From contig JACPKL010000005.1 in the NCBI GenBank assembly GCA_016187035.1, positions 71,150-135,149 on the forward strand: DNA of 64,000 bases, in the 5' to 3' direction. The notes under the pieces are model-generated. The model was not told where the DNA came from, did not search any database, and saw nothing but the letters and a program-made list of their open reading frames with translations. Numbering within the stretch: position 1 is the stretch's first letter; the number at the start of each line of letters is the position of its first letter. This document shows positions 47,026 to 55,580 of this stretch, piece after piece. This stretch comes from Candidatus Daviesbacteria bacterium. Its GTDB lineage: Bacteria > Patescibacteriota > Microgenomatia > Daviesbacterales > UBA10151. Made by a program: the position numbers and the translations under genes.

Positions 47026-48132
47026 ATGAAAAAAATTAGTTTTGTGGATCTTAAAAGACAATATCGGGAAAACAAAACAGAGATAGATTTGGCAATTAAG
47101 CATGTTCTAGATAGTACACATTTCATTCTAGGAGAAGAAGTCGAACAATTTGAGAAAGAATTTGCAGAATTTATCGGCGTCAAATATGCAGTTAGTGTAG
47201 GTAGTGGCTTGTCTGCTTTGGAACTTGGAGTGAGAAGTTTAGAAATTGGCCAGGGAGATGAAGTTTTGGTACCTGTTAATACTTACATAGCTTCTGCTTC
47301 TGCAGTTTCTTTGGTAGGAGCAACTCCTGTTTTAGTAGATTGTTTGGAGGATACATTTAATATTGATGCAGAAAAAGCAGAAAAGTTAATCACCGAAAAA
47401 ACAAAAGCTATTATGCCAGTGCATTTATATGGACAAGTAGCAGATATGGAAAAAGTCTTAAGACTTGCCAAAAAACATAAATTATATGTAATAGAAGATG
47501 CCTGCCAAGCACATGGAGCCAGTATTAGAAGCAAAATGGCTGGAGGCTTTGGTATTATATCCGCTTTCTCCTTTTATCCTGGTAAGAATTTAGGTGCTTA
47601 TGGAGATGGAGGAATAGTTACAACAAATAACAAGACTATCGTAGATAAAATCAGAATGTTCAGAAACTATGGACAAAAAGAAAAGTATAAACACCTTTTG
47701 CTTGGCGGAAATAGCAGACTTGATAATTTACAAGCCTCAATTTTATTAGTTAAGCTAAAAAAGTTAAGATTATGGAATGCAAAAAGATTAGAAAATGCAA
47801 AATTATACAATAAATCTTTGGATGATTTACCCATTATTACTCCAAAGATTTTTCCAAATTACAACCACACCTTTCATTTATATGTAATCAGAGTAAAAGA
47901 TAGAGAAAAACTAATGAAATATCTTTCATCTGCAGGTATTCCTACCCAGATGCATTACCCGATTCCGATTCACCTGCAACCAGCATATAAGGAGTTAGGT
48001 TATAAAAAAGGAGATTTTCCCGTAGCGGAAAAATTAGCATCGGAGATTTTATCTTTGCCAATGTTTCCTGAACTTAAGTCGAGTGAGATTAAATACATCT
48101 GCCAAAAAATAAGAGATTTTTATCGTGGTTAA
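47026..48132 (+). CDS. DegT/DnrJ/EryC1/StrS-family PLP-dependent sugar aminotransferase (WbpE/GnnB-like).
   Basis: FEKEFAEFIGVKYAVSVGSGLSALEL; IEDACQAHGA; PLP-lysine region SFYPGKNLGAYGDGG. Confidence 0.8.
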   Translation: MKKISFVDLKRQYRENKTEIDLAIKHVLDSTHFILGEEVEQFEKEFAEFIGVKYAVSVGSGLSALELGVRSLEIGQGDEVLVPVNTYIASASAVSLVGATPVLVDCLEDTFNIDAEKAEKLITEKTKAIMPVHLYGQVADMEKVLRLAKKHKLYVIEDACQAHGASIRSKMAGGFGIISAFSFYPGKNLGAYGDGGIVTTNNKTIVDKIRMFRNYGQKEKYKHLLLGGNSRLDNLQASILLVKLKKLRLWNAKRLENAKLYNKSLDDLPIITPKIFPNYNHTFHLYVIRVKDREKLMKYLSSAGIPTQMHYPIPIHLQPAYKELGYKKGDFPVAEKLASEILSLPMFPELKSSEIKYICQKIRDFYRG

Positions 48133-48847
48133 AAACTCCTCCAAAATCAATCTTTCAATAATTATTCCTGTTTTTAATGAGGAAGCAGGCATTACACCAA
48201 CCATAATAAGAGTTTATGAAGATGCCAAGAAAAAAGTTATTACAGAATTGATTAATACTTTCGAGGTTATTGTAGTAGATGATGGCAGTTTTGATGAAAC
48301 TTTCCAAATTTTAATGAAGTTAAAGAAAAAATATAAAAAATTAAGAATTATTAAACACAACTCCAACAATGGATTGGGAGCATCTATTAATACCGGAGTC
48401 AGACACGCCAAAAAGGAATTTATAACCTATTTACCAGCAGATGGTCAGGTATTTTTGAGTGAAATCTCAGAAGGTTTAAAGATAGTTCCTTTTTGTGATT
48501 TAGTTCTAACCTACCGTGGTAAAAGAGGAGGCTATAATTCTTATCGGCATTTTTTATCAAATAGCTTAATGATAACAATGAAATTATTTTTTGGATTAAG
48601 TTTTAGGGATTATAATTGGGTTCATATTTACAAAAAAGATCTATTTAAATCAATTAAAATAAAATCAAAAGGAGTGTTTTATCTTGCTGAAGTAATTGCC
48701 AGAACAAATAAAGCAGGTTTCAAGATTCTAGAGGCTAAGGCTAAATATCATCCCAGAACAACTGGTTATGCTAAAAACGCAAAACCAAAAATTGTCATAA
48801 GGACTTTAATAGATTTACTCAAGCTTTGGATTGAATTAAATTTATGA
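48125..48847 (+). CDS. GT2 glycosyltransferase, DPM1/ArnC/GtrB-like polyprenyl-phosphate sugar synthase.
   Basis: GTG start overlapping the aminotransferase gene by 8 nt. LSIIIPVFNEEAGI..EVIVVDDGSFDETFQIL..NNGLGASINTGVRHAKKEFITYLPADGQ. Confidence 0.6.
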   Translation: MVKNSSKINLSIIIPVFNEEAGITPTIIRVYEDAKKKVITELINTFEVIVVDDGSFDETFQILMKLKKKYKKLRIIKHNSNNGLGASINTGVRHAKKEFITYLPADGQVFLSEISEGLKIVPFCDLVLTYRGKRGGYNSYRHFLSNSLMITMKLFFGLSFRDYNWVHIYKKDLFKSIKIKSKGVFYLAEVIARTNKAGFKILEAKAKYHPRTTGYAKNAKPKIVIRTLIDLLKLWIELNL

Positions 48848-48872
48848 TAATATGTTAATATAAAACTATAAT

Positions 48873-49352
48873 ATGAAAAAGATAATTATCGTATTATTAT
48901 TTCTTGTTTTGGTACCTTCCATTTCTGCTCAAGAATTGGAAAAAATTAATTTACCCGCTCAAGTTGTTAATCCAGGGGATTTTTATTATTCTGCAATAAG
49001 ACTTTGGGAGAAAATAACAGAGAGATTTCAATTTAACAATGATGCAAAGTTTAGATATTCAAGTTCTCTGATTGATAAAAGGGTTTCTGAGCTTATCTTT
49101 GTTATAAAAGATAAAAGATTAGACGAAGTTCAAAGATCATCTGAAAGATTAGCTTATCAAGTAGGTGTGTTAACAGAATTCCTGATTAAACAAAAAAGCA
49201 GCCAAGAAAAAGAACAATTAAGAGCAAAGATTAATGGATTTCTTCCTGCTCTTTCAGAATTAAGGGATGCATATCCGGCTAATTCAAGCTATTGGATGTT
49301 AGTACAACATGATATTAATTCTTTTAAGGAATATTCAGAAAAACTAAAATAG
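48873..49352 (+). CDS. Small secreted helical protein (DUF5667-like).
   Basis: Signal peptide MKKIIIVLLFLVLVPSISAQ. NPGDFYYSAIRLWEKITERF resembles the PG..Y..KR..EK motif of DUF5667 proteins. The remainder is predicted helical. Confidence 0.4.
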   Translation: MKKIIIVLLFLVLVPSISAQELEKINLPAQVVNPGDFYYSAIRLWEKITERFQFNNDAKFRYSSSLIDKRVSELIFVIKDKRLDEVQRSSERLAYQVGVLTEFLIKQKSSQEKEQLRAKINGFLPALSELRDAYPANSSYWMLVQHDINSFKEYSEKLK

Positions 49353-49355
49353 TTT

Positions 49356-51137
49356 TCAATTATTTTTTAGGTCTTCAGTAATCTTTTGGCGGATTTGATC
49401 GGTAATGTTTATCAGTTCACCATTTCTAAAATCAAAAGCAAAAACCCTTGAAATAGGCACTGGATTTGGTTTTCTACCATGCAATTTTGCTAAGGTTTCT
49501 CCGCTGCTTACCATTTTAAGGAGTTCTTCATAATGCTCAGTTGGAATTGGGGTGTTTAGCCAATCAGTGATTCCGTATAATAATCCGCCATGAGGGGGGA
49601 AACCGAAAGAGAAAATCATATAAATTGCGGTTGGGTTATCAGTGCTAAAATAAAATACGCTCGGATTTTCTTTATCAATAGCAGGGACATTTTGTAATAA
49701 CACATCCCACGCTTTGTTAGCCAAATTAATATTTCGATTTTCTTCTAAATTAGTTAAATATATGTTGGCAGCCTCAAGGTTAATTTTCAGCCAAAATACT
49801 AATAAGACCATCGGAACAAAAAAGGTCAGCATTTTTATTCTTTTTCTAGAACTAGATCTTTCAATAATTAGCCATAATAAACTAGCAAATAAAATGGAAA
49901 AGCCAAAAGCACCCATTGTCATGTATCGTCCAGTTGTTTCTATTATCAGATAGGGAGTTCTAACCCAATAAAGGAATGAAAAAGAAATAAGCCAAATAAG
50001 ACCTATGATTATTGAGGCGACTTGCAGTAAATTGGTTTTTCTAAGTTGCCAAAAAAGTATTGTTGGAACTGTTATTAAATGAATGCCCATTAATATTGAA
50101 ATAATATTTGTAGATGAAAGGAGGGGGTTCCAAAATAATAATAATTTTCCCAAGAATATTTCTAAGATATTAAAGACAAAAAAATAGCCTAACATTTTCT
50201 TTCCTCCTCTTAAGGTTAGAACCAAAATAGAATCCGCTAAAATAAAACATAGACCTAGCAGTGATAAGCGTCCAAAGATAACTCCGCCTGTAGCAGTATC
50301 TGGAAAAACAAAATTTCCAATAATTCCAAAAAAATAAAAAAATACATCATATCTTCCCTTTTGGATCATTTCCACTAAATAAGTAAATCCGGTTTTGAGT
50401 GGTAAATTATCCCCAGAGTTTCCAAAACTGCCAAGCTTAATAAGCACAAACAAAATAATTATGGGGGTAAGGATTCTTAAGAAAAAAAACTTATCCGGCC
50501 TGAATTTTCTATCTTTCTGAATAAAAAAAGAAAAAATAAATTCAATCATCCCTAAAAAAATGACTGCACCATGCATTCTAACAGGGACAATACTTAAGGC
50601 TAGTGTAAATAAAACAACAAAAAAAATATATCTCAAAAAAAATTGAACTTTAGGATTATTTAGTTTTAGATAAAAAATTATAGAGAGATTTAAAAAGAAA
50701 ACACCCGCATAAGTATTCATATTAAAAACCCAATCAGTAGTTTGCAGTCCAGCTGCCGAGAAAGTAAATATTATGGTTGAAAGATAAGCTGGTAATGATT
50801 TTTTTGTCATTTTTTTCATTAAAAAAAATAACGAGATTGTTGCCAATATTCTTAAGAATAAGGATGAAGCAAAATAGGCGATTGGTTCATAACCGGAAAA
50901 ATGCCTAATTATTCCAAGAAATAAATATTGTGGCCAGTAGGGACTTAGGTATGAATTAATATTAAAGAAAGATGAGGTTTTATAAACATCAAATGATAGC
51001 CACAAATTATATAATTGTTCCCAGTCATCACCGTAAAGTGCCAAGTTAAGGGTTTTTTTCAAATAAATATAAGTGAGTAAAGGAATAACAATCAATATCC
51101 AAATGATTTGAAACTTAAAATAAAGTCTTTTTCCCAT
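49356..51137 (-). CDS. Polytopic membrane protein of an uncharacterised GT-C-like family; paralog of 51708..53543.
   Basis: First loop LYGDDWEQLYNLW, shared motifs TDWVFNMNTYAG and RMHGA, about 14 TM helices, and C-terminal soluble domain PSVFYFSTDNP..HGRKPNPVPISRVFAFDFRNGELINIT. Confidence 0.4.
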   Translation of the reverse strand: MGKRLYFKFQIIWILIVIPLLTYIYLKKTLNLALYGDDWEQLYNLWLSFDVYKTSSFFNINSYLSPYWPQYLFLGIIRHFSGYEPIAYFASSLFLRILATISLFFLMKKMTKKSLPAYLSTIIFTFSAAGLQTTDWVFNMNTYAGVFFLNLSIIFYLKLNNPKVQFFLRYIFFVVLFTLALSIVPVRMHGAVIFLGMIEFIFSFFIQKDRKFRPDKFFFLRILTPIIILFVLIKLGSFGNSGDNLPLKTGFTYLVEMIQKGRYDVFFYFFGIIGNFVFPDTATGGVIFGRLSLLGLCFILADSILVLTLRGGKKMLGYFFVFNILEIFLGKLLLFWNPLLSSTNIISILMGIHLITVPTILFWQLRKTNLLQVASIIIGLIWLISFSFLYWVRTPYLIIETTGRYMTMGAFGFSILFASLLWLIIERSSSRKRIKMLTFFVPMVLLVFWLKINLEAANIYLTNLEENRNINLANKAWDVLLQNVPAIDKENPSVFYFSTDNPTAIYMIFSFGFPPHGGLLYGITDWLNTPIPTEHYEELLKMVSSGETLAKLHGRKPNPVPISRVFAFDFRNGELINITDQIRQKITEDLKNN

Positions 51138-51141
51138 ATGA

Positions 51142-51708
51142 TTAACTTTTATGATTATCCGTACTTATTATAAATGCCATATGGGAAAAAGGATACCAAA
51201 AAGGTTTTTTAAGTACTATTACTTTGGATTTAAATCCTAAACTTTTAATTAAATCTTGCCATTCGTATTTTGTCCTCATTGAAAGAGGAACATGTAGGTT
51301 TCCATAATGGAATTTATTTAAAATAACATCAGCCAGCTTACCTAAAATTGTTGGTTCAAATTCGAACAGAAGAACTTTTTTTCCAACGCGTGCTGCTTCT
51401 TTTAAAACATTTTTTTGATATTCTTTATCAACATGATGTAAGACATCATTCAGTAGAGAAAAATCAAAACTATTATTTTTGACAGGAATTTTCCCATTCT
51501 CTATTTTTATAAATGGGACCTTATAGATTAAATAATTTTTGATATCAGCGCCTGTAACTTTTGAGGGGTAATAATCTCCCAGGATTTTTGTTACTACGCC
51601 GGTTCCACAACCTATGTCTAGAATGCTGTTTCCTTTTTTAATCCACTTCTTGTATACTGAAATTATTAGTTTAGTTCTGTAAACAGATGTCAGTTGAGAG
51701 GTATTCAT
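51142..51708 (-). CDS. Class I SAM-dependent methyltransferase.
   Basis: Motif I ILDIGCGTGVV; LNDVLHHV. TAATG overlap with the upstream gene. Confidence 0.65.
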   Translation of the reverse strand: MNTSQLTSVYRTKLIISVYKKWIKKGNSILDIGCGTGVVTKILGDYYPSKVTGADIKNYLIYKVPFIKIENGKIPVKNNSFDFSLLNDVLHHVDKEYQKNVLKEAARVGKKVLLFEFEPTILGKLADVILNKFHYGNLHVPLSMRTKYEWQDLIKSLGFKSKVIVLKKPFWYPFSHMAFIISTDNHKS

Positions 51709-53543
51709 TATTTATTTAGTGTTTTCAAATCTTCAGTCAATTTATTTCGTACTGCAGTTGTAATGTTAATTAGTACTCCGTTTCTAAAATCGAATGCATA
51801 AATTCTAGATAATGGTACAGGTAGAGGTTTCCTTCCGTGAACTTTTTGTAATGGTGACCCATCTGTTACATAAGAAAGTAATTCCTGGTAATCGGTTGAA
51901 GGCAGAGGGGTTAAATCTTGATCAGGAATCTTATATGTCATACCCGCACGCATAAAAAATCCAAATACTAATACTCCTTGTAAAGACAAAGGATTGTCAG
52001 TTGTGAAATAAAATACTGAAGGCCCAATTGGATCAAGCTTTGGTACATCTTTTAATAAAGTATTCCAGGTTTTTTCGGTAAGTTCCCTATTTCTTGTTTG
52101 TTCAAGGATTCCTAAATAAGTTTGGCTTCTTTGGAAATTAGTAAAAATCCAAAAAAGGAGGATAAATATAGCTAAAAGTAAATAAAAACTACTTAATATT
52201 CTAGTCTTTTCATTTTTTTGGAGGGAAACAGTTTGAAAAAAAAGGAGGCTTACGAAACTTCCTAAGAATATAGCAATACCAGTAGCCCCCATCAGCATAT
52301 ATCGGCTTGTTGTCTCAATAAGGTAATAGGGAGTAAAAAGCCAATATATTATTGTCATCATTATTATCCAAATTAAAGAAATAATCAAGCTTGAGGAAAG
52401 TTGAGGAGAACTCTTGCCAGATAAGATAGAAAGCCAAATAGACCAAAAAATAAACTGACCACCTAATGCAATTGAAAATAAAACATCAGAGGGAAGATAA
52501 GGGTTTAAAGTATAAAGCGGATTCGGATTTATGGAGACAATCCATCCTAATATTAGTGTCCAGATAAAGTTAAAGATGAGAATCGGGAGATAAAAAAGCA
52601 GGCTTTTCCCTTTTGAAAAAAGCCAAGAGACAATTATGCCTAAAATTATTGAAATACCATTTGTCAGAAAAATTACACTTGTAAAATTATCCAAACTAAT
52701 ACTATCAGGTAATACCAAATGTCCCAGGATTCCTAAGAAATAAAACCAGATTGCATAATAACCTTTGTGATTGATCTTTTGTAAAATTTGAGAACTTTCT
52801 GATAATCGATCTGTGGTGAAAGAACCTTCCCCAAAACTTTTAAGATGTAAAAGTAATACAAAAACTAGAATGGTCATAATAATTCTAATAAGTAGGAAGC
52901 GGTTAATTTTGAACTGACTTTTTTCTGCTACAAAAGTTAAAAATAGATCCACAATAATTAAGAAAGGGACGGCTCCGTGCATTCTTGTTGGTACAATTGC
53001 TAGTGCTAGTATGAATGTCATGATAAATAGAATATAGTTAAAAGAATAAATAGTATTAAGTTTCCGAATTTTTAAATAAAATACTGAAGCAAGGCTTAAT
53101 AAACCTAATCCAGCGTAGGTATTCATGTTAAAAACCCAATCAGTAGTTTGTAAACCGGCAGCTGAAAATAGGAATATAATAGTTGACAATATCGCTGCCA
53201 ACTTACTTCCAGTTAGTTCAAAAGTAAAAAAATAAAGACTAATATTTGCAAATAATCTGCTTAAATATGAAGCAATAAAATATGCAGGGGGGTAATAGCC
53301 CCAGAAATGATTAATAATGCCAAGATAAAAATATTCAGGCCAATAAGGATTAAGATATGATCTGATATCATAAAAAGACTTTGTGTGATAAACAAAAAAA
53401 TCCCGCCACAGATTATAAAGATGCTGCCAGTCATCCCCATAAAGACCAAGATTAAATGATTTGCGGAAAACAAATACAGCTATGAGGGGAAGAAATGCAA
53501 ATAACCAGATAAAAATAAAACGATTAGTGCTTCTCTGAGGCAT
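51708..53543 (-). CDS. Polytopic membrane protein of an uncharacterised GT-C-like family; paralog of 49356..51137.
   Basis: LYGDDWQHLYNLW, TDWVFNMNTYAG, RMHGA, and C-terminal PSVFYFTTDNP..HGRKPLPVPLSRIYAFDFRNGVLINIT. Confidence 0.4.
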   Translation of the reverse strand: MPQRSTNRFIFIWLFAFLPLIAVFVFRKSFNLGLYGDDWQHLYNLWRDFFVYHTKSFYDIRSYLNPYWPEYFYLGIINHFWGYYPPAYFIASYLSRLFANISLYFFTFELTGSKLAAILSTIIFLFSAAGLQTTDWVFNMNTYAGLGLLSLASVFYLKIRKLNTIYSFNYILFIMTFILALAIVPTRMHGAVPFLIIVDLFLTFVAEKSQFKINRFLLIRIIMTILVFVLLLHLKSFGEGSFTTDRLSESSQILQKINHKGYYAIWFYFLGILGHLVLPDSISLDNFTSVIFLTNGISIILGIIVSWLFSKGKSLLFYLPILIFNFIWTLILGWIVSINPNPLYTLNPYLPSDVLFSIALGGQFIFWSIWLSILSGKSSPQLSSSLIISLIWIIMMTIIYWLFTPYYLIETTSRYMLMGATGIAIFLGSFVSLLFFQTVSLQKNEKTRILSSFYLLLAIFILLFWIFTNFQRSQTYLGILEQTRNRELTEKTWNTLLKDVPKLDPIGPSVFYFTTDNPLSLQGVLVFGFFMRAGMTYKIPDQDLTPLPSTDYQELLSYVTDGSPLQKVHGRKPLPVPLSRIYAFDFRNGVLINITTAVRNKLTEDLKTLNK

Positions 53544-53554
53544 GCTAGAGATTA

Positions 53555-53618
53555 TTGCATAAAAAACAGATAATTGACAAGCGCGGCATTTGCATAAAAA
53601 GATTAATCTAGCTAAAAT
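53555..53618. promoter_or_regulatory. Divergent promoter region with an 11-nt direct repeat TTGCATAAAAA (53555-65 and 53590-600).
   Basis: Plus strand: TTGCAT (53590-95), 17 nt, TAAAAT (53613-18), 11 nt, ATG 53630. Minus strand: TTGTCA, 17 nt, a TGcAATAAT-like element, 7 nt, ATG 53543. A TTGACA also sits at 53574-79. Confidence 0.3.
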
Positions 53619-53629
53619 CTTTCTAAGTT

Positions 53630-54673
53630 ATGAATAAAAAAAATAAATGGCCATCGGTTTCGGTAGCTATTGCTACTAGGAATTCAGAAAGAACGTTAGC
53701 GCTTTGTCTATCTTCAGTCAGAAACCAAAATTATCCTTCTGGTTTAGAAATAATTATTGCTGACGGAGGATCTGTTGATCAGACACTGGTTATTGCCAGA
53801 AGATTTAAGAGTAGAATTATTAATGTTCCAGAGTACAAACAAAATGCAGAATACAACAAAGGAGTAGCAGTAAAAAAGTGCAAAAACGAGATTCTCTTAA
53901 TGATTGATCATGATAATATCTTGCCTCATAAGAATTGGCTTAAGAATATGATTAGACCGCTTGTTGAGGATAGTACTATTATTGGTAGCGGTGTTTTAAG
54001 ATTTCATTATGACAAAGATATGTCACTAGTTGATCGGTATTCAGCTCTTTATGGAGGTACAGATCCTGTGACCATCTTTTTTAACAAAAGTGCACACCAA
54101 GGTTATCTTTACCAAAATTTTCATTTAAAAGGAGAACTTGTCGAAGAAAGAAAGTATTATTATAAGGTACAGCTTTATCCAAATGCACTTCCAGCCTTGG
54201 GAGGTAATGGATCAATTTTAAGAAGAAGCTTATTGAAATACGCAAATACCAAGGCACAATATTTTTTTCATATAGATATTCATGTAGATTTGGCAAAGAA
54301 AGGTTACACAACTTACGCCTTTGTTAAAGATACAATCATTCATTTAACAAACAATAATTTCATACCGTTTTTAAGAAGAAGGAGATATTTTATTGAGAAA
54401 TATCATTTTGTAGATCATACAAAAAGAAGATACAGCATATATGATTCAAAAACAGATAAGTCGGCTTTACTTGGATATGTTGTTTATTCTCTGTCTATAA
54501 TATTGCCCACTTTAGATGCAATGCGAGGGTTTATTAAAATACGTGATTATGCCTGGTTTTTACATCCATTGATGTGTTTAGGGATTCTATTGGTTTATGG
54601 TATAACTACTATTAAGGAAGGAGTAAAAAATGTCTTTTTGGCAGGGAACAGTAGTGTTGGTTACCGGGGCTAG
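53630..54673 (+). CDS. GT2 glycosyltransferase with C-terminal TM helices.
   Basis: VSVAIATRNSERTLALCLSSVRNQNYPSGLEIIIADGGSVDQTLVIA, DxD motif IDHDN, and C-terminal hydrophobic segments. Confidence 0.65.
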   Translation: MNKKNKWPSVSVAIATRNSERTLALCLSSVRNQNYPSGLEIIIADGGSVDQTLVIARRFKSRIINVPEYKQNAEYNKGVAVKKCKNEILLMIDHDNILPHKNWLKNMIRPLVEDSTIIGSGVLRFHYDKDMSLVDRYSALYGGTDPVTIFFNKSAHQGYLYQNFHLKGELVEERKYYYKVQLYPNALPALGGNGSILRRSLLKYANTKAQYFFHIDIHVDLAKKGYTTYAFVKDTIIHLTNNNFIPFLRRRRYFIEKYHFVDHTKRRYSIYDSKTDKSALLGYVVYSLSIILPTLDAMRGFIKIRDYAWFLHPLMCLGILLVYGITTIKEGVKNVFLAGNSSVGYRG

Positions 54674-55580
54674 TGGTTTTGTTGGCTCACACCTTGTTAA
54701 TCGGCTGCTGAATGAAAAAGCAAAAGTAATTACTATATCAAACAAAGGGGAAAAATACTCAGCTAAAAAAACAGATTTAAAAGGATCTGTGGAAAACTTT
54801 CAGCTGTTAGGTGAAATATTAAAAAAATACAATGTTAAGATTATTTTCCACCTGGCAGCTCAACCCATTGTAGAAGTTGGTCAGACAAACCCGATCAAAA
54901 CTTTTGAAGTTAATATTAGAGGTACTTGGAACATATTAGAAGCAGCCAGACAAAACAATATTCAAAAGGTAATAGTTGCGTCAACGGTTCATGTATATGG
55001 TGATAATCCAAAAGTTCCTTTTAAAGAACAATATTTTCCCCAGCCATCAAGACCTTATGAAACTTCTAAAGCTTGTGCGGATTTACTGGCTCAATCTTTT
55101 GCAGACACATACAATTTAGAAGTAGAAATTCCCAGGTTCGTAAATATATATGGGCCTGCAGATTTTAATTTTTCCCGTCTTATTCCTAAAGTTATCAAAA
55201 GTATTTTAAATGGTGAAAAGCCTGAGGTTTGGGATATTGGTTCGGTTCGAGACTTTTTATATATTGATGATGCGATTAATGCATATTTGATGTTGGCTGA
55301 AAAACAGCTAGTTAACGGAAAAAGATTAAGAGTATTTAATTTTGGAACAGGCAAACCAATAAAAATTTATGACCTGGTTTTAAAAATAATTAAATTGACT
55401 AATAAAAATATAAAAATTAAAATGGAAAATCCTCCGGAAGAAAGATCCAACGAGATAAAGAAACAATATGTTTCAATTGCCAAAGCCAAAAGGGAATTAG
55501 GTTGGTATCCTAAAGTCAGTTTAGACGAAGGTCTGATGAAAACAATCCATTGGTACCAAGAAAATCCCCAGCTTATATGA
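54630..55580 (+). CDS. Extended SDR, NAD-dependent epimerase/dehydratase.
   Basis: VLVTGASGFVGSHLVNRL, catalytic YETSKACAD, and VRDFLYIDDAINAY. Overlaps the upstream GT2 by 44 nt. Confidence 0.7.
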   Translation: MSFWQGTVVLVTGASGFVGSHLVNRLLNEKAKVITISNKGEKYSAKKTDLKGSVENFQLLGEILKKYNVKIIFHLAAQPIVEVGQTNPIKTFEVNIRGTWNILEAARQNNIQKVIVASTVHVYGDNPKVPFKEQYFPQPSRPYETSKACADLLAQSFADTYNLEVEIPRFVNIYGPADFNFSRLIPKVIKSILNGEKPEVWDIGSVRDFLYIDDAINAYLMLAEKQLVNGKRLRVFNFGTGKPIKIYDLVLKIIKLTNKNIKIKMENPPEERSNEIKKQYVSIAKAKRELGWYPKVSLDEGLMKTIHWYQENPQLI

